A DNA stretch of 64,000 bases from a virus. Lineage: Duplodnaviria > Caudoviricetes. The translations under genes and the position numbers were made by a program. The stretch spans positions 1-64,000 of the IMG/VR virus record IMGVR_UViG_3300011338_000371. One strand, written 5' to 3'. This document shows positions 26,918 through 38,847 of the stretch, in pieces (position 1 is the first letter of the stretch; every line of letters starts with the position of its first letter). The notes beneath the pieces are model-generated. The model searched no databases. It saw only the letters and a program-made list of their open reading frames with translations, and had not been told where the DNA came from.

Positions 26918-27379
26918 ATGAAAGATATTATCTTAAAACCCGGTTCATACCTTAAGGACACTAAGACACAAAACACCAAAAACATTCCTGGTCAATCCAT
27001 GGAAGATTTTGTTGTAGGTGTTTTGGCTAATCCTACATGCTGCGTGAAGACCCTGAAATTGAACAAAACTGCAGTTACCCAAACTGGTACTATTACTAGT
27101 GGTGTTACTGTAAATGCTTCTGCAGGTAGAATCACTACAGTTGCTTTGACTACTGCTGCAAATGTTGCTGAGGCTCCTTTTACCGTAACTAACAGTTACG
27201 TATTGGCTGACTCTGTTATTATTGCAACTGTTACTGGATATTCTGGAGCTACTATTACTAACGATTTGCCACAAGTTTACATTGATGATGTAGTTGCTGG
27301 TTCATTTAAAGTAATCGTAGGTAACGGAGGTTCTGGTACTCTTGATGGTACAGTAACTATCTCCTTCGTAATTCACTAA
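26918..27379 (+). CDS. Capsid decoration/head-fibre-like beta protein
   Basis: T/V/G-rich. SVTVNASAGRITT...FTVTNSYVLADSVI pattern. Confidence 0.6.
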   Translation: MKDIILKPGSYLKDTKTQNTKNIPGQSMEDFVVGVLANPTCCVKTLKLNKTAVTQTGTITSGVTVNASAGRITTVALTTAANVAEAPFTVTNSYVLADSVIIATVTGYSGATITNDLPQVYIDDVVAGSFKVIVGNGGSGTLDGTVTISFVIH

Positions 27380-27392
27380 TCTCTAAATTAAA

Positions 27393-27418
27393 TGGGGAGG
27401 TAACACTCCCCTTTTTTA
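27393..27418 (+). terminator. Terminator
   Basis: GGGGAG-GTAACA-CTCCCC-TTTTTT. Confidence 0.75.
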
Positions 27419-27422
27419 AACT

Positions 27423-27929
27423 ATGAACGTACAACTTAATCTCGAAGTCCTCAAAGCCAAAGACTGTTCTTACTTAACAGTCATTGATACCTCTGTGTAT
27501 CCGATTACCCCAGAAACCGCTAATATCTTTATTGGTGTACCTGGTTATGATTCAGCTTATGAGTTTAGTTATTTGATTGGAGAAACTAATATTTATAACT
27601 CTTATAATTTTGGTTTTACTACATCTGCTACTTCTGACTTTGCAGCACTTCCTGATGGAGTATATTCATTAACTATTACTACTTGTCCTGATACTGGAGT
27701 TAACTCTCGTTATCATTTGAGGACTTGTAAGATTGATTGTCGACTTGCCGTACAGTGGGCTAAGTATGTAGACTGCTGTGATGACGAGAAGATTCTTTAT
27801 ATGTTAGACAAAATCGAGTTTTTGTTAAAGGGTGCAGAAGCACATGCTGACCTATGCAATCCTACAAAAGCTACCGAACTTTATAAAAAGGCTGATGACT
27901 TACTTAGAAGACTTGAGCTTGACTGTTAA
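27423..27929 (+). CDS. Structural (tail hub-like) protein
   Basis: LPDGVYSLTITT motif, Cys-rich, crAss-like synteny. Confidence 0.6.
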   Translation: MNVQLNLEVLKAKDCSYLTVIDTSVYPITPETANIFIGVPGYDSAYEFSYLIGETNIYNSYNFGFTTSATSDFAALPDGVYSLTITTCPDTGVNSRYHLRTCKIDCRLAVQWAKYVDCCDDEKILYMLDKIEFLLKGAEAHADLCNPTKATELYKKADDLLRRLELDC

Positions 27930-28083
27930 GAAAAAACTTGCTGCAGCATCTTACAAAGAACTACAGCATATTAAATACTTGACAAAACCTTATTACAAAA
28001 AATCTAGAGGATTAGCTCGCTTACTTAAGTATGCTCATTGTCTAGACTGCAGTACTGCACAAACACTAAAAATTAAACTCTAA
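27895..28083 (+). CDS. Small basic hypothetical protein
   Basis: Internal ATG 27895 preferred over 27832. Fills the operon gap. Confidence 0.5.
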   Translation: MTYLEDLSLTVKKKLAAASYKELQHIKYLTKPYYKKSRGLARLLKYAHCLDCSTAQTLKIKL

Positions 28084-28087
28084 AACA

Positions 28088-28615
28088 ATGACTAACTGCT
28101 GCCCTAATAATAACTGTGTAGAAATCGTTCCTTCTGGGTGCGTAAAGTATACAGGCACTCCTACTACAGGGGGCCTAATTGATTCTTTTGATTCCTGCGA
28201 TCCTTATCTGAATGACTTGCTTAAGTTGTTGGACGATAATGTGACTACATTGGATGCAAGAGTAGGATTGAATAAGACTACTTTTGATGCAGCAAATACT
28301 GCTTGTGGTACTACTCCTGTTATCTCTACTACTGGTCTTACAGTAAAAGATGACAAGTATTATTCTTCAGAGGTTGTCATTAAGCTAGTAGGTGTTATTT
28401 GTGACCTTCGCTCTCGTATGAATTATCTTTCTGCAGAGAACATTAATACCAATAATGGAAATATGCACTGGGAAGATCTCCCATTAAGCCCAGATTTGAT
28501 TGCTTATTTAAGAACTAAGTGTCTTGGAGATGACCCTTGTAGTAATGATCTACCATCTAACTTGGGTGGATTATTGAGAACTATTGTTAACAAACTTTGT
28601 ACTTGCTGCCCATAA
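28088..28615 (+). CDS. Cys-rich short fibre-like protein
   Basis: N-terminal CC...C...GCVKYTG module shared with the next gene. Confidence 0.65.
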   Translation: MTNCCPNNNCVEIVPSGCVKYTGTPTTGGLIDSFDSCDPYLNDLLKLLDDNVTTLDARVGLNKTTFDAANTACGTTPVISTTGLTVKDDKYYSSEVVIKLVGVICDLRSRMNYLSAENINTNNGNMHWEDLPLSPDLIAYLRTKCLGDDPCSNDLPSNLGGLLRTIVNKLCTCCP

Positions 28616-28617
28616 CT

Positions 28618-30498
28618 ATGTCTACCTGTATTGATTGCACTGGAACTATATATACACCTTGCTCTGATGTAAGTTGTTTGTCTACTAACTACGGTAAGTG
28701 TATTACTTACTCAGGCTCTCCTCTATACTGTGCTACAGGTGGAGTAGGAACTCTTACTTTTACAGGAACTGCAGTTGCTCCTTTGACAACTACAGAAGTT
28801 ACCTTGACTCCTACAGGAGGAACAGGAACTGGACTTCAGGTTAAAGTTACACGTACTCCTGGATCTGTTGCTTATAATGTTACAATTGTTTCAGTAGGAT
28901 CTTCTTACACAGTAGGAGACACTATTACAATTGCAGGAACTTCTTTAGGAGGTGCTACCCCTGCAAATGACCTAGTACTTACAGTAGCTAGTCTTGCTGC
29001 TTTGATCTCTAATACAACAAGTGTAGATGATGCTATCGTAAACTTGCACCAGAGACTTTGTACCATTACTTCTGTAGGTCTTAACTACTCAGGATTCAAC
29101 TACTCTTGTCTTCGCTTAGGTGGAGGACTTACAGGCGTAGGTACAGCAATCACAACTGCTCAAGGATTTACTGAAAGTGCTGCAAGTGCTTTATGTTCTT
29201 TGAATACAAGAGTTGTAGCTGTTGAGACTCCTACCTTTACTGTTCCTAGTTGTATCTCAGGATTGACTTCTGCAAGTTCTACTCTAGGTGCAATCTTGAC
29301 TGCGTATGGTTCTAAGATCTGTACTATCAACACTAACGTTGATATGACTGGAGTTCTTAGCAACCCTTGTATTGCTTATCCTTTCTCTACTAAGCCTACT
29401 TCTACTGTAGTTTCTGATTACTTGAACTGGATTACCAGCAACATGTGTGGAATCTACCAAAGTCTTTCTACTGATATTAGTACTGTAGGGACTACCGTAA
29501 CTAGTCTTAAGACTTATGTAGCGGGTGTAGGATCTATTCCTGCATCTATTAATACTTCTTGTATCTCAGGAGGATCTGCAACAAGTACTTTGGCAGCAGC
29601 AGCTATTCTTTGGACTAGTCAAATTTGTGCCATCAACACTACTCTAAGCTCTCTTGCTACTTCAAATTACGCTTTGACTTGGGCAACTAACTTTGGTGCT
29701 ACTGCTTATTATGGTTATACTTTTAACTACACTAACACAAGTACTACTCTTCAGACTCAATTGGATCGTATTGTAGCTACTTTGGGTAGAATGAAGATGA
29801 AGTTAAATGCTTCTGACTTCACTGCAACAAGTGACTCAGATGGACTTAACGTCTCTTTAGCTTCAGGTGTTCGCTTTACTTGCTCTCAGTTAAATAGTTG
29901 TTCTATCTCTTCTTTATCAGACGTAACTACAACAGCTCCTGCTACCTTTGATGGTTTGTTCTGGAGTGGTTCTGAATGGGTAAACAAAGAAATTATCTAC
30001 ACATCTACAGGAGGCAGCGTAGTTGTTACACGTGCAGACAACCCTACTAATATTACTGTAAATATTGAAACTGCAAGTTCTACCGCAACTACTGTATCTA
30101 CTACGGCTCTTACTAATCCTAATCTAACAGTAGGACCTTCTGTTAGGTTCTCTACAGGAGTAGGTTTGCCTAGATTACATAAACAAGGACAGATAGTAAC
30201 TGTAGAAGGAACCATTTCTGTTACCGCTACTGGATCAGTAACTTGGGCAAATAATGCAAACATAGGATTTCTTCAAATCCCTCTTGCTTATCAATCGACA
30301 GTTCCTGTATACTTTGCTGCAGACATCTACTTGTATACAGCAGCATCTCCTTCTGTACCTACAGGTGTAGCTAGGGGAATTGTTACTATGAGTGGAAGTT
30401 CTTTGATTGTGACCCTTGTTAATCCTGCAGGAACTTTAAGTTTCTCTACAGGAGACTCATTTGAAATTGTTATCGGAGGAAACTCTTATAAACTGTAA
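28618..30498 (+). CDS. Cys-punctuated tail/head fibre protein
   Basis: T/S/G-rich with helical repeats ending in Cys and a C-terminal beta domain. Start ATG 28618. Confidence 0.7.
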   Translation: MSTCIDCTGTIYTPCSDVSCLSTNYGKCITYSGSPLYCATGGVGTLTFTGTAVAPLTTTEVTLTPTGGTGTGLQVKVTRTPGSVAYNVTIVSVGSSYTVGDTITIAGTSLGGATPANDLVLTVASLAALISNTTSVDDAIVNLHQRLCTITSVGLNYSGFNYSCLRLGGGLTGVGTAITTAQGFTESAASALCSLNTRVVAVETPTFTVPSCISGLTSASSTLGAILTAYGSKICTINTNVDMTGVLSNPCIAYPFSTKPTSTVVSDYLNWITSNMCGIYQSLSTDISTVGTTVTSLKTYVAGVGSIPASINTSCISGGSATSTLAAAAILWTSQICAINTTLSSLATSNYALTWATNFGATAYYGYTFNYTNTSTTLQTQLDRIVATLGRMKMKLNASDFTATSDSDGLNVSLASGVRFTCSQLNSCSISSLSDVTTTAPATFDGLFWSGSEWVNKEIIYTSTGGSVVVTRADNPTNITVNIETASSTATTVSTTALTNPNLTVGPSVRFSTGVGLPRLHKQGQIVTVEGTISVTATGSVTWANNANIGFLQIPLAYQSTVPVYFAADIYLYTAASPSVPTGVARGIVTMSGSSLIVTLVNPAGTLSFSTGDSFEIVIGGNSYKL

Positions 30499-30540
30499 TA
30501 CGACATTGGCAGGATTTTTTGGTTGGTTTTCCTGTCATCT

Positions 30541-30580
30541 TGCTAGTAGGAGCCTGCGAAAGTGGGCTCTTCTAGTTTTA
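30541..30580 (+). terminator. Terminator
   Basis: CTAGTAGGAGCCTGC-GAAA-GTGGGCTCTTCTAG-TTTT. Confidence 0.65.
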
Positions 30581-30613
30581 AAATAAACTCTTGACTTAAA
30601 GTTAAAATTAAAT

Positions 30614-30621
30614 TATATTTG
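30614..30621 (+). promoter_or_regulatory. Bacteroidota -7 element for the tail operon
   Basis: TATATTTG with an upstream TTG (~30592), before ATG 30658. Confidence 0.65.
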
Positions 30622-30657
30622 TAATAGGTCTTAAATTAACCCAAACTATATTCTAAC

Positions 30658-31299
30658 ATGTACACGAATTCGGAATTAATTGCTAGAGTCAAAAGTGCTA
30701 ACAAGTTTGTTAGTGACGATGACATGATTAGTGACCGTTACTTATACGGGTTGCTTAAGACCAAAGCTGCTACTCTTTTACGCAGAGAAATTAATCTAAG
30801 AAGACTTTTAACTTCTGACAATGTATACCAAGCTTACGAGTGTGTACACTTGATTGAGGCTAAAGGTGCAGAATGTGATTTGAATTGCCCTATCCGTAGA
30901 ACTAAGCATAAATTGCCAAACATTGATGAGGGCTTGTATTCTTATTTTATTCAAGGGGTGTTTAACACTTCTAACTCTGAGGAACTTTTTCCTACTACTA
31001 TTAGAGATTTCATTAATCACACTCGTTTACGTTTTAAAACCCCTAAAAAGTATTATACCATTCGTAATGGATATCTTTATGTTTTAGATCCAGATGTAGA
31101 GTGTGTGAATATGTACGCTTACTTTACAGAGTCTATCGAGGACCTAGATGGAACTCAGTGTATGAGTATGTATGATAAACAGTTTAAGTTTCCTGCCTAC
31201 CTGACAGATACTTTGATTGAAATGTGTAATCAGTCGCTTATTAACTTTCACAAGTTACCTTATGAGACTGAGGACAACAACAGAGACGAACCCAACTAA
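30658..31299 (+). CDS. Tail ring protein
   Basis: crAss-like synteny. YYTIRNGYLYV and FPAYL motifs. Confidence 0.6.
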   Translation: MYTNSELIARVKSANKFVSDDDMISDRYLYGLLKTKAATLLRREINLRRLLTSDNVYQAYECVHLIEAKGAECDLNCPIRRTKHKLPNIDEGLYSYFIQGVFNTSNSEELFPTTIRDFINHTRLRFKTPKKYYTIRNGYLYVLDPDVECVNMYAYFTESIEDLDGTQCMSMYDKQFKFPAYLTDTLIEMCNQSLINFHKLPYETEDNNRDEPN

Positions 31300-31301
31300 T
31301 T

Positions 31302-31796
31302 ATGTCGAAAGACTTTGTAAAAGCAAATAAAACCCCTTACGTCAGGCAGAAAGAGAGAGATACAACTTCGGATACGAACTTTCTCTCTTACAAAGCCTAC
31401 ACCATGTTCTTAAAAGAAACCAAAAGAAAAGACATCACCTACAAACAATTTTGTGCTATCCCTAAACAAGTACATATCAAGTTAGTAGAACGTCTTTTAA
31501 GAGGTAGATATAGTATTAGATTCCCGAACTTAGGTTCTATTAAAATTGTAAAAACAGAAAATGCAATTCCAGAAGCTAAACGTACAATTATTAACTGGAA
31601 ACTCTACAAAGAAACTGGAGTTAAAGTGCCTTATAGAAATTCACACACCAATGGTGCTGTCTATAAATTTCACTTGTATCCATACTATAAGAGGATAGTT
31701 CAGTTTGGGTTCTATGACTTAAGAATGTCTAACGTACATAAGGCAAACCTAGCTAAGGCTATTAGAGAAGATAAAATAAACATAAGTTCCTTTTAA
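31302..31796 (+). CDS. IHF/HU-like protein (crAss tail-module type)
   Basis: RLLRGRYSIRFPNLGSIKIVK...INWKLYKE. Located between ring genes as in crAss-like phages. Confidence 0.65.
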   Translation: MSKDFVKANKTPYVRQKERDTTSDTNFLSYKAYTMFLKETKRKDITYKQFCAIPKQVHIKLVERLLRGRYSIRFPNLGSIKIVKTENAIPEAKRTIINWKLYKETGVKVPYRNSHTNGAVYKFHLYPYYKRIVQFGFYDLRMSNVHKANLAKAIREDKINISSF

Positions 31797-31797
31797 A

Positions 31798-32634
31798 ATG
31801 AAATACGCTAATACACCCTTTATTTCTTCTGAACCACTTATTGCTGAAGTAAAGCAAGAGTTAAAGACTTACTTTGAAGCAGGTGCTATTAGTGAAGTAC
31901 TTATTCCAACCTTCATAGACCAGGCTTTAAGAAAACTTAAAGTAATGGTACTAGAACCAGAAGAACTAGTTCTTAATTTTACAAACTACAAATCCGAGTT
32001 ACCTTGTGACTTTGCTTTACTTGACTACGCTATTCATTATGATTCCGAAACTTTCTGGGGTCAAGGAGTAAACTCAGTAAAGGGCACTTGGTATAAATCT
32101 ATACAATGTACTAATGGCTGCACAGATTGCGGTCTAAAGGAAGAAATCTACGAGACAGTATCTGTACCTACTCCAGGATTTAAAATCACTATGAAGCATC
32201 CTACTTGGATTCGAGTTTACCATGGCTCTAAAGCTATGTGTACTGAAGGATGCGAGAACTTGAATGTATCTTCTGAAAATATTATCCAAATTCATCCTAA
32301 CAAAACCGTTACTTCTACGTTTGAAAGCGGTTGTGTGTATATTAGATATTACTCACGTCCAATGGACGATGATAACCTACCTATGGTGCCTGAAATTCTT
32401 GAGGTTGAAGAGTATATTAAATCTTATCTTAAGTTTAAGTTTTTTGAACAACTTTGGCATTCAGTAGTTGATGAGAGTCAGCGTCAGGTAGAAGCTAAGT
32501 TTCAATACTACAGACAAGATCAATTAGCCAAACTTCAGGCTGCATTTAGTTACTTGTTAACCTACACCAAACAGCAGATGGCTGACAACGTAGCTAAGAC
32601 AAGAACTCGTTTTAACAGGTTCCATATCTCCTAA
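31798..32634 (+). CDS. Tail ring / tubular protein
   Basis: FIDQALRKL...LPCDF...VYIRYYSRPMDDDNLPMVP pattern and synteny. Confidence 0.65.
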   Translation: MKYANTPFISSEPLIAEVKQELKTYFEAGAISEVLIPTFIDQALRKLKVMVLEPEELVLNFTNYKSELPCDFALLDYAIHYDSETFWGQGVNSVKGTWYKSIQCTNGCTDCGLKEEIYETVSVPTPGFKITMKHPTWIRVYHGSKAMCTEGCENLNVSSENIIQIHPNKTVTSTFESGCVYIRYYSRPMDDDNLPMVPEILEVEEYIKSYLKFKFFEQLWHSVVDESQRQVEAKFQYYRQDQLAKLQAAFSYLLTYTKQQMADNVAKTRTRFNRFHIS

Positions 32635-32639
32635 GTTTA

Positions 32640-35600
32640 ATGCAAAACAAAATCAATCAGAACACGGCAGGTTTAAACCTTGATTCGGTTAATTACCAGA
32701 TCAAGGAGAACATGATTACGTATGCCTTGAATGCAAACGTGCAGTCTCATGATGGTAACTCTACCACATATACTAACGAGCCTTCAAACCAAATCTGTTA
32801 TGATTTTAGTTTGACTTATCCTGGATTTAGAGTACTTAATGTTTTAAGTATTATAGAACAGTCTAAGTTAATTGTCTTCTTAGCACATCCAGATGGACGT
32901 TCTTTGATTGGACAAGTTACTGACTTAGGAAAAGACTGTACTAGTCTAGTAGAAAGTGAAACAGATTGTGGTTGCATATCAGGTACTGTATTAGATAGTA
33001 CAGTATTAAGTAGTTTAAGTCCAATAGCTGGAACTGGAGAATGTCCTACAGGATATACCTTTAATAGTAAATCAGGTTTTTGTGAAAAAGTAATTAGTAC
33101 TCCTATACAGGAAACTATCGCAAAACAATCTGTTATTTCTTCGTGCAGAGCTGCCGACCATGGAACTACACTTACTAGAGTATACAAAGATACTTGGACT
33201 ACTCAAACTCCTCCTACATATCATACTGTAGTAGAGTCTAACTTAACTCAATCTTTTTGGTATCCAGGGGGTGGTTTTTCTTATATTAAACAAATTGGTA
33301 TTCAAGCAGATATTGATGATACTAATGATCCATGTGGAACCCAGGAAACTCCTGATTTTTTAGGGTTTACTGAAACGATTTGTATTAGTGATACTAAACA
33401 ATACTACTTAGGATTAGCTGCAGATGATTCTCTGAGGGTGTCGATTGATGGGAGTATAATTTTTGATTTTGACGCTTCAGATCCTTCTAAAAGCTTTGCA
33501 ACACTTACAGACTTATGGGCAAGGTACAATCTATTTCCTGTTACTATAACCAAAGGCAGTCATCTTTTAAAATTTGAATATAAAAATCAACCTACGGGTA
33601 ATCCAGGAAATAGGGGGATGTTTGCCTATGAGCTATATGACATCTCTTTAACACAGTTGACAGATCCAAACTTAACTAGAGTTATTTTACAAAATAGTCG
33701 AGTTTTAAGTAATGGTAAACCTATTACTTCTGAAACAAAAGCTTCAGGTCGTATACTACAGATTAGTTATAGTGGAACTGCTACTGGAACTTATACGATT
33801 TCAAGTGCAGTACAAAGTAGTACTTCTGGAACAGGAACTGATGCAGAATTTAAAGTAGTTGTTGATTCGGGAGTTATTACCTCTGTAATACTTAACTACT
33901 CAGGTAAAGGTTACAAAACTGGAGATACTCTCACTATTTCTTCTGGAAGTGCTCTTAATTTAACAATTACTGTAGTAGCTGCTTCAGTACAAGAAGATTT
34001 TATTGAACTCTCTCAAGCATGTCCTGCAGGTTATAGTTTATATGTAAACGAAGATTGTGTAGCTTCTTGTCAGAAGATAGATCAAAAAAGTGCAATTATT
34101 CCAGCAAGTTCTGTAAATTGTTGTACTTTTACTCCTCTAGTTGTAGACGACTGTTGTGATTGTACTGACTGCTATAGATACTCTGCACAGTCAATCAATA
34201 ATACTGCCTACTCTATTACTTACATAAACTGTAACGGAGTAGAAGTAACAGAAACCTTTCCTTCAGGTATAGGAACATTTACTGCTAAAAGAAATAAGTA
34301 CACACTTCCTTCTGGAGTAGAAGTACTAGACAGTACCTTAGAGTCTCAAGGAACATGTAGTCCTAAGACAGGAACTTGTTGCTTAAACCTATCCCCAGAT
34401 TATCCTGTCTATTCTGAATATAGAATAGATGACTGTGAGACTAAGGTTTACTTTATTGCAAAGAATATACAACCTCGTTATTTCTCATTAGAAGAACCAT
34501 TAGGTCGTGATCAATGTGGTGATGCCATTGACTGTCTTACAGACTCTTGTGAGCGCTTAAAACTGTTCCCTGACTTCTGCCAAGCAGATATCTATCCTAC
34601 TGGAATTGATTCAGGTGGAAGACTTAAGGGAGGGGTATATTCTTTCTCTATTGCTTATGCAGATGAGAATGGAAAAGAACTTACCGACTACGTAGACTTT
34701 AGTAATCCTATTCCAATTTTTGAGAGGACTATTACTGAGCAGACAGAGTACGAAACCTCTAAGTCTATTAGAGTTTCTATAGACCACAGTACTGCTGTAT
34801 TTGATTACTTTAACTTAGTAGTAGCTGAGAATATAAATGAAGTAACTACATACCAACTAGTAGGTACTTATAGAGTAAATCAATCTACTTACAGGGATTC
34901 CTTGGTTTATACAGGAGACTATTCTTCTACTTTCTCTTCTATTGTTCCTTTAATTCGTAGTCCTCATTATGAGACTGCAGGTATTATAGAAAAACAGAAT
35001 GACATTTTAATGTTGGCTGACTTAGTAGAGACTCCCAAGTATAACTTCCAATTACTTGCTAACCAAATTAAGCTTCGTTGGGAAACTGTTAAAATGCCAG
35101 TTGATAACAAGTTTGATTACTCTAATCCAGAAATTGCTTACTTCTTTAGAACCTATCAAAGGGATGAAGTTTATCCTTTTGGTATTAAGTTTAAACTAAA
35201 GAATGGTAAGTATACAGATGTATTCCATATTCCAGGAAGAGAAGTATTCCAGAACTCAGATGAGAGATCTCTTATCTATCACGATAGCAATCCAGATGCA
35301 TTTGGTACATCTAATGATTGTATAATCACAGACAAAGAAGAAAAGTGGAAAGTATACAATACAGCTACAACAGGTATTACTCCTCCTAATAACACTCCTT
35401 CTCTACAAGAAGCTCAATACTCCTGTAAGATTACAGTAGAAACTTCTGGAGAATTTGCTTACTGGGAATCTACAGAGACTTATCCTTGTTACGATGAAGT
35501 CTGGGGAGCATTAGCAGGTCAACCTATTCGTCACCATAAGTTCCCAGAGAATGCTAAGTCACATATCCATGCAGATGGAGATGACTTTATCTACCCTATT

Positions 35601-38600
35601 GGAGTACGTATTTGGGATGAGACTTTCTTTGAAGGTATCTTAGATAGAGAAACAGTTTACGATCCCCTAAACACATACGGTAATCATCGTATTCCTGTAA
35701 AGGAATTAATCTGTGGATATGAGTTGGTAAGAGGTAATCGTGTTAATAATAAATCAGTAGTTGCTAAGGGCCTTATTTATGATGTAGGTTCTTTTGAGGA
35801 CGTTAAGTCTGGTAAGAAGTACTACTACCCTAACTACCCATACAATGATTTACGCCCTGATAGATACATTAAATCTACTCCTGATTGGTATGACCTAGCA
35901 GATAGGGGATCTGAATCAGATTCTTTTGGAATGGGATTGCATGAAGGTTTTAATACTATTGGATCTCGTTATACATTTCATTCACCTGATGTACACTTCC
36001 AGTATCCTAAGATTGGTACAGAACTAAAACTAGAAACAGTAGAGTATGGTAAAGTACAGGGTAAGTTTGTTCCTGTATTAGATCATCCTCAGTATAAGTT
36101 CTTGACTAAGGCCGATTATGCCTTAAGCGCTTTATTATCTACTGCATTGTCTTTGGCTTTTGAGTCTGAGGCTGGATCAAATGGATCAGGACCATATACT
36201 AATAGTAAGTTAAAAGCAGATGCTATTTCCATTCTTACTAATAACCAGGTCCTTCTTGATTTACTTGAAAAACTTATACCGAATACAAATTTTGCTTATC
36301 AGTTTAACTCTATAGGGGAATATAAAAGATTCTCTCCTATTACAACCATAGGTAACAGAAGAAGATTCTTAGATATTGGTCTTTATGCTAACGATAAGAT
36401 TGTAGAATTAAACGATGATCGCCCTCTCCATAATAGACTTAGAGAAACTTCTGTCTACTTAAAAACTAATGGATCTTTTAGCACTGAGTTTCCAGGAATA
36501 GTTGATAACACTCGCTATACTATTGAAGAGAATAATTTGCAAGATGATCCAGAAAAAATAACTGAATCAGATACAAGAGCCTATTACTCTTCTATCAAAA
36601 GAAATTTCCCTAATCAGTATGGACAGATAGAGAGTATTACATATGTGTCTACAGGATATTCTTGTTCTGTTTATACAGACATCTCTAATACTGCAAAGAT
36701 TAGGCGTAGGTATTATCCTGCTTTTGGTGGAGATACTTACATTAACAAGTTTGCTCTTAAACGTAAGCATTCATTCTTTACTCGTAATTTAGCTAATCTT
36801 CCTGCTAAAGTAGATAACGTTCCTTTTGATTATTGGCTTTATCCTAATTTAGGATTTCCTACTTACTACATAGGAGAGTCGCCAGAAGAAATAACCTCAG
36901 GTGCAGCTACAAGTTTAGTAGCAGGAATAGCAACAGCATTAACTACTGCATTAGGTCTTTCATTAGCTGGAGCAAGTACTGGTGTAGCTCTTAATACGGC
37001 TATATCTGGTGCACTAGCTGCTATTTATAGTTTATTTGTTAAGAAGAATAACTTAGATGGTGCTGCTACTGTAACTATTCCTAACCCTATTCCTGGACAA
37101 CCTGACCTTGATATTCCGACTTCTTTCTTTTATCAGAAAGGATTCTTCTATACAGCGTCTTATGGTATTCCCATTTTTTATGTGGAGTCTGATATTAACG
37201 TAGACCTACGTCATGGAAGAAACGACTTAGAAGAAAACTTTTACCCTAATGTAGGAGATGGTATTCCTGATGAGTGGTTGCATGAAGTTAATGTGCCTAT
37301 TAAGTTTGATAACTTCTACCACTACAACGCTACTTACTCTGCACAGAACTTAAGTCCTAATCTTCCTTATAGATTAAAGTATCCTTCACTAGAGTGTCTG
37401 ACTATCCATTCAAATAGAGTTATCTACTCTGATCCTGCAAACTCTTCTAATTATCTTTCTGATGCTTGGAGAGTATTCCGTCCAGGAAACTTTTATGATT
37501 TTCCTAAGCAAGGTGGTCGCTTAATTGATTTAAATGCAGGAGAGAACGAAAGAGTATATGCTAGATTCGAGAATACAACTAAAGTATAAAACTCTCGTAT
37601 TACCCTTAGTACTACTTCTCCTTACCAGTTAGAGATTGGTAATGCAGAGATGTTCAAACAAAAGCCTGTAGATCTCTCTAAAACAGATCTAGGTTACATA
37701 GGAACTCAACACAAGGCTTATGTTAAGTGTGAGTACGGAACATTCTGGGTAGACGCTAAACGTGGTCATATCTATCAGATTACAGGAGACGGCTTTAACG
37801 AGATCAAAACAGAAAATAACTTTAACTGGTTTAAGCAAAATCTACCTTTCCAGATTCTTAAAGACATTCCAAATGCAGATATAGACAATCCACCAATTGG
37901 CTTAGGCATTATTATGGGATGGGATGAGAGATACGAGAGAGTGTTTATTACTAAACTAGATTACAGAGTTAAGCCTGAATACAGAGAAGGTAATCCTTCT
38001 GTAATTAAATACATTACTGATTCTTCCGATAGTAACTTTAGAAAGTATGTACTAGAGAGTGGAAGTACTCAAGTAGAAATTACTTTTGGAGATCCTGCAT
38101 TTTTTGAGAATAAGTCTTGGACAGTTGCCTATTCTCCTAAGCTTAAGAACTTTATTTCTTTCTACTCTTACTTGCCGAACTTTTTTGTTCCCCAGTTAGG
38201 ACACTTTCAGACTATTAGGAATACCTCGACTGGAGCAAGTATCTGGAGTCATAATCTTTCTATCTTTACCTACCAGACTTATTACGGAACTCTTTATCCT
38301 TACATCTTAGAGTATAACGTAAACTCATTCCCTCAGGTATCTACTATTAATTCTGTTACTTTAATGCAGGATATCCAAGAATACTATTCTGACTATGAGT
38401 ATTATTCTTTGTCTACTTCAAATAATAAGAACTTAGCAAACTTTACTAAGGCAATTATTTACAACAAAGAACAGTCTTCTGGTGTTATTAAGTTGATTCC
38501 TGAAGAGTTTGGTAACACAAGACAGAAGATAACCTATCCTAGAATGACTACAACGGGCATAGAAGCGCTTATCTCTCGCAGAGAACAGTTGTATACCTTT

Positions 38601-38843
38601 AACGGATTTTGGAACGTTGCAGCGCAAGGAAATGGCCAACCTTTATGGTCGACTCAGTGGAGTGACTTACTTACTCAATACCCTATAGACAAAGTACCTA
38701 ATACTAAGAGTGTAAGACCTGTATCTGTGTCTTATCAGAAGTCTAAGATTAAGTCTGACTTTGCTAAAGTAAGATTAATCCAAGATCAATACTCTAGATT
38801 TAAGTTTATTAACACCATTCAAATAACCCAAACCAACCCATAA
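32640..38843 (+). CDS. Muzzle / tail-stabilisation protein interrupted by one in-frame TAA (37587-37589)
   Basis: ORFs 32640..37589 and 37650..38843 share a frame and are joined by 20 sense codons. crAss muzzle motifs: YQRDEVYPFGI, IRHHKFP, GGDTYINKF, FWVDAKRG, GWDERYERVFITK, SWTVAYSP. Confidence 0.75.
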
Positions 38844-38847
38844 CATC

